A DNA stretch of 64,000 bases, from NCBI GenBank assembly GCA_043228905.1, contig JBHGNT010000018.1:13826001-13890000 (forward strand), written 5' to 3'. Position 1 is the stretch's first letter; every line of letters begins with the position of its first letter. This document shows, piece by piece, positions 59,981-64,000 of the stretch. This DNA is from Azolla caroliniana. Lineage: Eukaryota; Plantae; Polypodiophyta. The notes below the pieces were generated by a model, which worked only from the letters and a program-made list of their open reading frames with translations, had not been told where the DNA came from and made no database searches. The position numbers and the translations under genes were made by a program.

Positions 59981-62900
59981 TATCATGGATATCCGCAGGT
60001 TTGTGTTGAAACGGGGCGAGACCATCAGGGTCCCAGACCAAGGAGCTGGTAAGAGGGAATGAGAAAGGGGAGAAGGAAGGACGTCCGGGTCGGGTTCCAG
60101 ACAACCCTGTCGGATCGTCTCTGGACGTGTTTTCGATCCGAATCAATTCCCGGATGCAGGATGGCGAGCGCACGGGCTCAGAGACATATACCGCTCCAGA
60201 TCAACACGGAGCCCGACATACGAGCACCCAGGCTCATGCACAACGAACCCGAGACAAATAGACACAATGAGGGAACGCTTGAACACAAGGATAAAATCGG
60301 CAAAATAATGATAATAGAAGAAAAGCAAGATAGATTACAACCAGACACGGCCATCGATAGAGCCTGAGCTCTAATCACACACACGCAAAATGACGGCCTC
60401 TAGTTCGGAGCACATGGGCTTCTTACGCGAGCACAGGACCACACCTTCTCCCCGAAATCGGAACAAAACAGAAAGCGGAGGGAACGACAAAGCTCGGCAC
60501 TCAAACCGACAACACTTCGTCCTCCAATCGATGGATCCCCAAAACAGTTCAAAACCTCCCCTTTTATAGCAAAAAAGGGGGGAGGAGGGCCTTTACATCG
60601 CACATAAAGAAAACTGATTTCTATGAGAGATCTTCTCCTTGATTTCCTCCTATCCACCACTCTTGTTCCTCCCTATACGTGTGGGACATTAAAGTACACA
60701 TCAAAATCATACTCCCTAGTACTTACTAGTTCTAAGTTATTTACACATGTTTTGTACTTAAAGACAACTCCTAGTGCATCCGTGCAAGCCTCCGTTCCCA
60801 CGTTTTCCGGCTCCCTTTCCCCTAGTAGCTGGAATTCCCCACGACATCCACCCCCACCAAACCGCACATCCTCCGACATGTGCCAAGTAGTGAAGCGGTG
60901 GGGATTCCGGCTCGGTCTTTACTCGTCCTCTCCCGAACCGTCGTCGATCTGGTCCTTGTCTAGCTCCCGCCCCTCACCCTCGTTCGTGCCTTCAGGCTCT
61001 TCCTCCGTATCCGGTTCGGCTTCCTAACGCTTCTTGAAGGCCTTTATCTGCTTCCCGGAACCGGTACTGTTATCCTCGTCTCGTCGAGCTCGACAAGGTG
61101 GTATGTGATGTTGTTGTTTGCACTCGTTACCACATAAGTCCCGAACCATCGTCAGGCAAACTTTTGGGTCGACCAATGTTGGTTGTTGAGGCTACTGTCA
61201 TAGACCGAAGGCGATGTGTTTGGCCAAACCAACCCTTGTTCTTCTTCCTCACCTCCTCCATTCTCACAGTCGCTCGCTCCACATCATCTGGCCTCTACTT
61301 GAGTTGTCGAATATGTGCAACTAGCAATTCCTCCGCGCTCATCTCCTCCGCCCACTCGACTGACATCCATGAGGCTATTGTCCGCTCCACCAGCATGATC
61401 GGCTTCTGCCTGAACATGAGTTTGGTCTGCATGTATCTGGTTACCGAGCTATGCGTAGTCTGGTCGGCCCATAAAGCATAAGGAAGTAGTCTCGGCCAGT
61501 CTCCGATGCGTTCGTCGTATGCTCGTACTAATGCTTTCACAATCGGCCCATAAAGCATAAGGAAGTAGTCTCGGCCAGTCTTCAATGCGTTCGTCATATG
61601 CTCGTACTAATGCTTTCACAATCGGCCCGTTGTCGCGTTATTACACGCGTGCGTGTAGAAGGGCGGGACCATGGGGGTCTCGGACGAGGGAAGAAGGGAA
61701 GCCGAGAAGATGATTCCGGACGCGTTCCGGAAGCAACCGAATGGGAGAGAGAAAGAGAGAGAGAAACGGAGGTAAGAGAACACCAAAACACCCACACAAA
61801 CACCGATACGCAGAACCCTCCATGCATATATTACAAGACTAAGATACAATACTGGTATCGAGCCCGACCTAAGTAGCTCAGGTTACAACAATCGTCTACT
61901 GCCAAGCCGCCGGTCGGGGAGCTCTCGGGCTTGTCGTGCCAAGCAGGGTCTTGCACAGAGAACGGGCAGAAAACAGGAACACGAGATGCCAAGGTTCGAC
62001 ACACAGAACGACGAAGAAGAAGCAGAGGAGAACAAAAAGAAACCCTAAAACCAGATAAAAGAAAGAGGAAGAGAGAACGTTTCTTCCTCTAACGGTATAC
62101 CCTACTACCAAAAATGGGCAACCCCTTCACCAAGGGCGCTCCCTTCCTTTTATAGAACAAGGAGAGGGATCTGTAGCATCGTGGGATAAATCCCTTATTA
62201 CATGGGATTCTTGTCCCGACTTGATTACTCTTCGGCGCCATAAAGGCGCCCTCGTTATTCACACTAAATGTACAAGGGTGAGCGCACATGTTGCACCCCG
62301 TCGATGTAGCCAATATTTGCCGGTTTCCGCCTTTGGCCGAAATTCTTCACAACACCGTGCCCTCTCTTGATCTTCTTGTTCACTTCCGGATTGTATGTCA
62401 TTGTGAGGGAGAGCTTGGCCCCTAACTGGTCGAACAACTCCTTTTCTTCCCGCACATCTAGCTCTCCATGGTCAGCCACGATCTTGCCTACGCATCCGTA
62501 CCGGCATATCACATCCTCGATCAAGAACCTGTAAACCACAACAGTCATCTTGTTCGTTAAGGCCAATCCCTCCACCTAGTTTGTCCGGTCTTCTCGTGCA
62601 AGCACTAGGTACCGCATTTGGCCTACCCCGATCGACATTGTTACTAAATCGACCATCAACTTGAAGTGAATGGTTGGTGGGTAGGTCGAGTGCATCTCGT
62701 CGTGGTGCCGGATTCTGGAATGCATCTTACAACTCTCGCATGTCGTCACGAAATGGTGCACGTCACGATACATCCCCGGCCACCAGTACTTCTCCTTCAG
62801 CTTCTCGAACATGGCCCATGTGCCCCGGTGTCTGGACCAGGGGCTTTTGTGAAATTCCGACATGAGCACGAACTGATCCTCTTCCTTCGTCACCACCCAG

Positions 62901-64000
62901 AGCGGCATGTTGGACCACTTCTTTGGATGTTGCCAGATCTTCCTGTCTCGTAGGAAGAACCGGTAAGCCTTCTTTCGGATTTGACCCACTTCCTCTTTCG
63001 TCCATGTCCAGATATGGTGTTGTCTTTTTTGGATATGTGCCATATCTCCGGATTCAGGAACTTGATGTACGTGATCCACATGAGCATCGCCAGGTCCGGA
63101 GTCACGCATCTGGAAACCATACCGAGAATCAATAGGTAGTTCATCTCTATGATTACCTCTATCCCGATCAAATAATCTTTGTCGGCCTTGACCATTGAAA
63201 CGATACCCCACAATTCTCATTTTACTTGGGCGTATCCTCGCTGTTGCTCACTTAACACCTTCAAACCGAACTGGATGGGGTACCGCGCGCTAGCTTCGTC
63301 CTCTTGGTTGACCACCCACCCGATTCCGGTTGGACTTGTATCCACCGTCACGTAAACTGGGGTGTCCGCCTTGTACGTTGCTTTACGGAGAGCTGGGGCC
63401 GCCGTCAGCATCTCCTTTAGTCTCCGGACCGCCTCCGTGTGCTCTTCACCCCATTCAAATTTCTGCCCTTTCAACACGTAGAGTGGCTCGTCAATATGCG
63501 CGTAGTGTGGGATCTATATGTGGTAGATGGCGCATGCTCCCAGGAATCATCGGACTTCCACGACTGACCCACACTCCTCCTTCATCATTGAGATGGCCTC
63601 TACCTTTGCTAGAGATAGTTTTCGGTCGTACGACCCGCATAGGTGACTGACCACCAGGATTTCCGATCCTCCGAAAGTTGACTTCTCCCTAGAGAAGGTA
63701 AGCCAAGCATCCTCAAGCCTCTGTGGTATCTTCTCACAGTAGGAGATGTGGTCCGTGACAAACCTCCGACACCCGTCCGCTCCGATCGACTTGTCCTTTG
63801 AGTTCTCTGGACATCCCTTGATCGGGGTGTCATCCAAAACCGACATGGTGAGGTCTGGGATGCAGTCCTTGAATACTTTGTTCATCGTGTTCACCATGTG
63901 TGCTACCAAATTGGTCCCTCCTTGTGGTAGAGTACACATCCGAACCAGGTTGAGTGGTGTTTGCATCGTCGTGATATCGTTGCTCTCCACGGCTAGTTGG
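59981..64000 (-). mobile_element. Ty3/Gypsy element H (E family), 3' half: LTR 59981-60846, INT, RH, RT; continues beyond the window
   Basis: RT LPQGGTNLVA and VLDDTPIKG, RH VDTSPTGIG and INT are homologous to E. PPT GGTGGGGGTGGA|TGTCGTGG on minus. Left terminus TATCATGG is a decayed TGTCGTGG, flanked by ACGT. Confidence 0.88.
61631..62354 (-). mobile_element. Solo LTR inserted in H integrase
   Basis: TGTCG...CAACA with perfect 4-bp TSD CCGT (61627-61630 and 62355-62358). Host RGHG|PIVKAL is restored on removal. Confidence 0.88.

Overview
Eukaryotic, land-plant-like DNA (bryophyte-like by inference). About 90% is decayed, deeply nested transposable elements, with one intact intron-containing host gene (hnRNP A/B-type 2xRRM glycine-rich protein, minus strand, 55230-58503). 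LTR pairs and target-site duplications resolve a six-level nest: Copia A (1-2268) > Gypsy B (2269-40469, -) > chromovirus C (3627-40151) > Gypsy D (4080-31793) > Gypsy E (5956-23436) > hAT (9811-14543) and Copia F (15187-20639, -). Also present are three solo LTRs, a probably chimeric Copia G, an RTEX-like LINE and an E-related Gypsy H at the right edge. Most notable: (1) Gypsy families B and D have dissimilar LTRs but share an uncharacterised extra-ORF domain and a 41-nt covarying hairpin where the polypurine tract should be; (2) the tRNA-Trp-primed E lineage makes 4-bp TSDs and repeatedly lands on (A/C)CGT; (3) E LTRs carry an antisense tRNA-like A-box/B-box cassette; (4) several elements show a strong excess of CCGG. 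All calls were made by eye, with no database searches.
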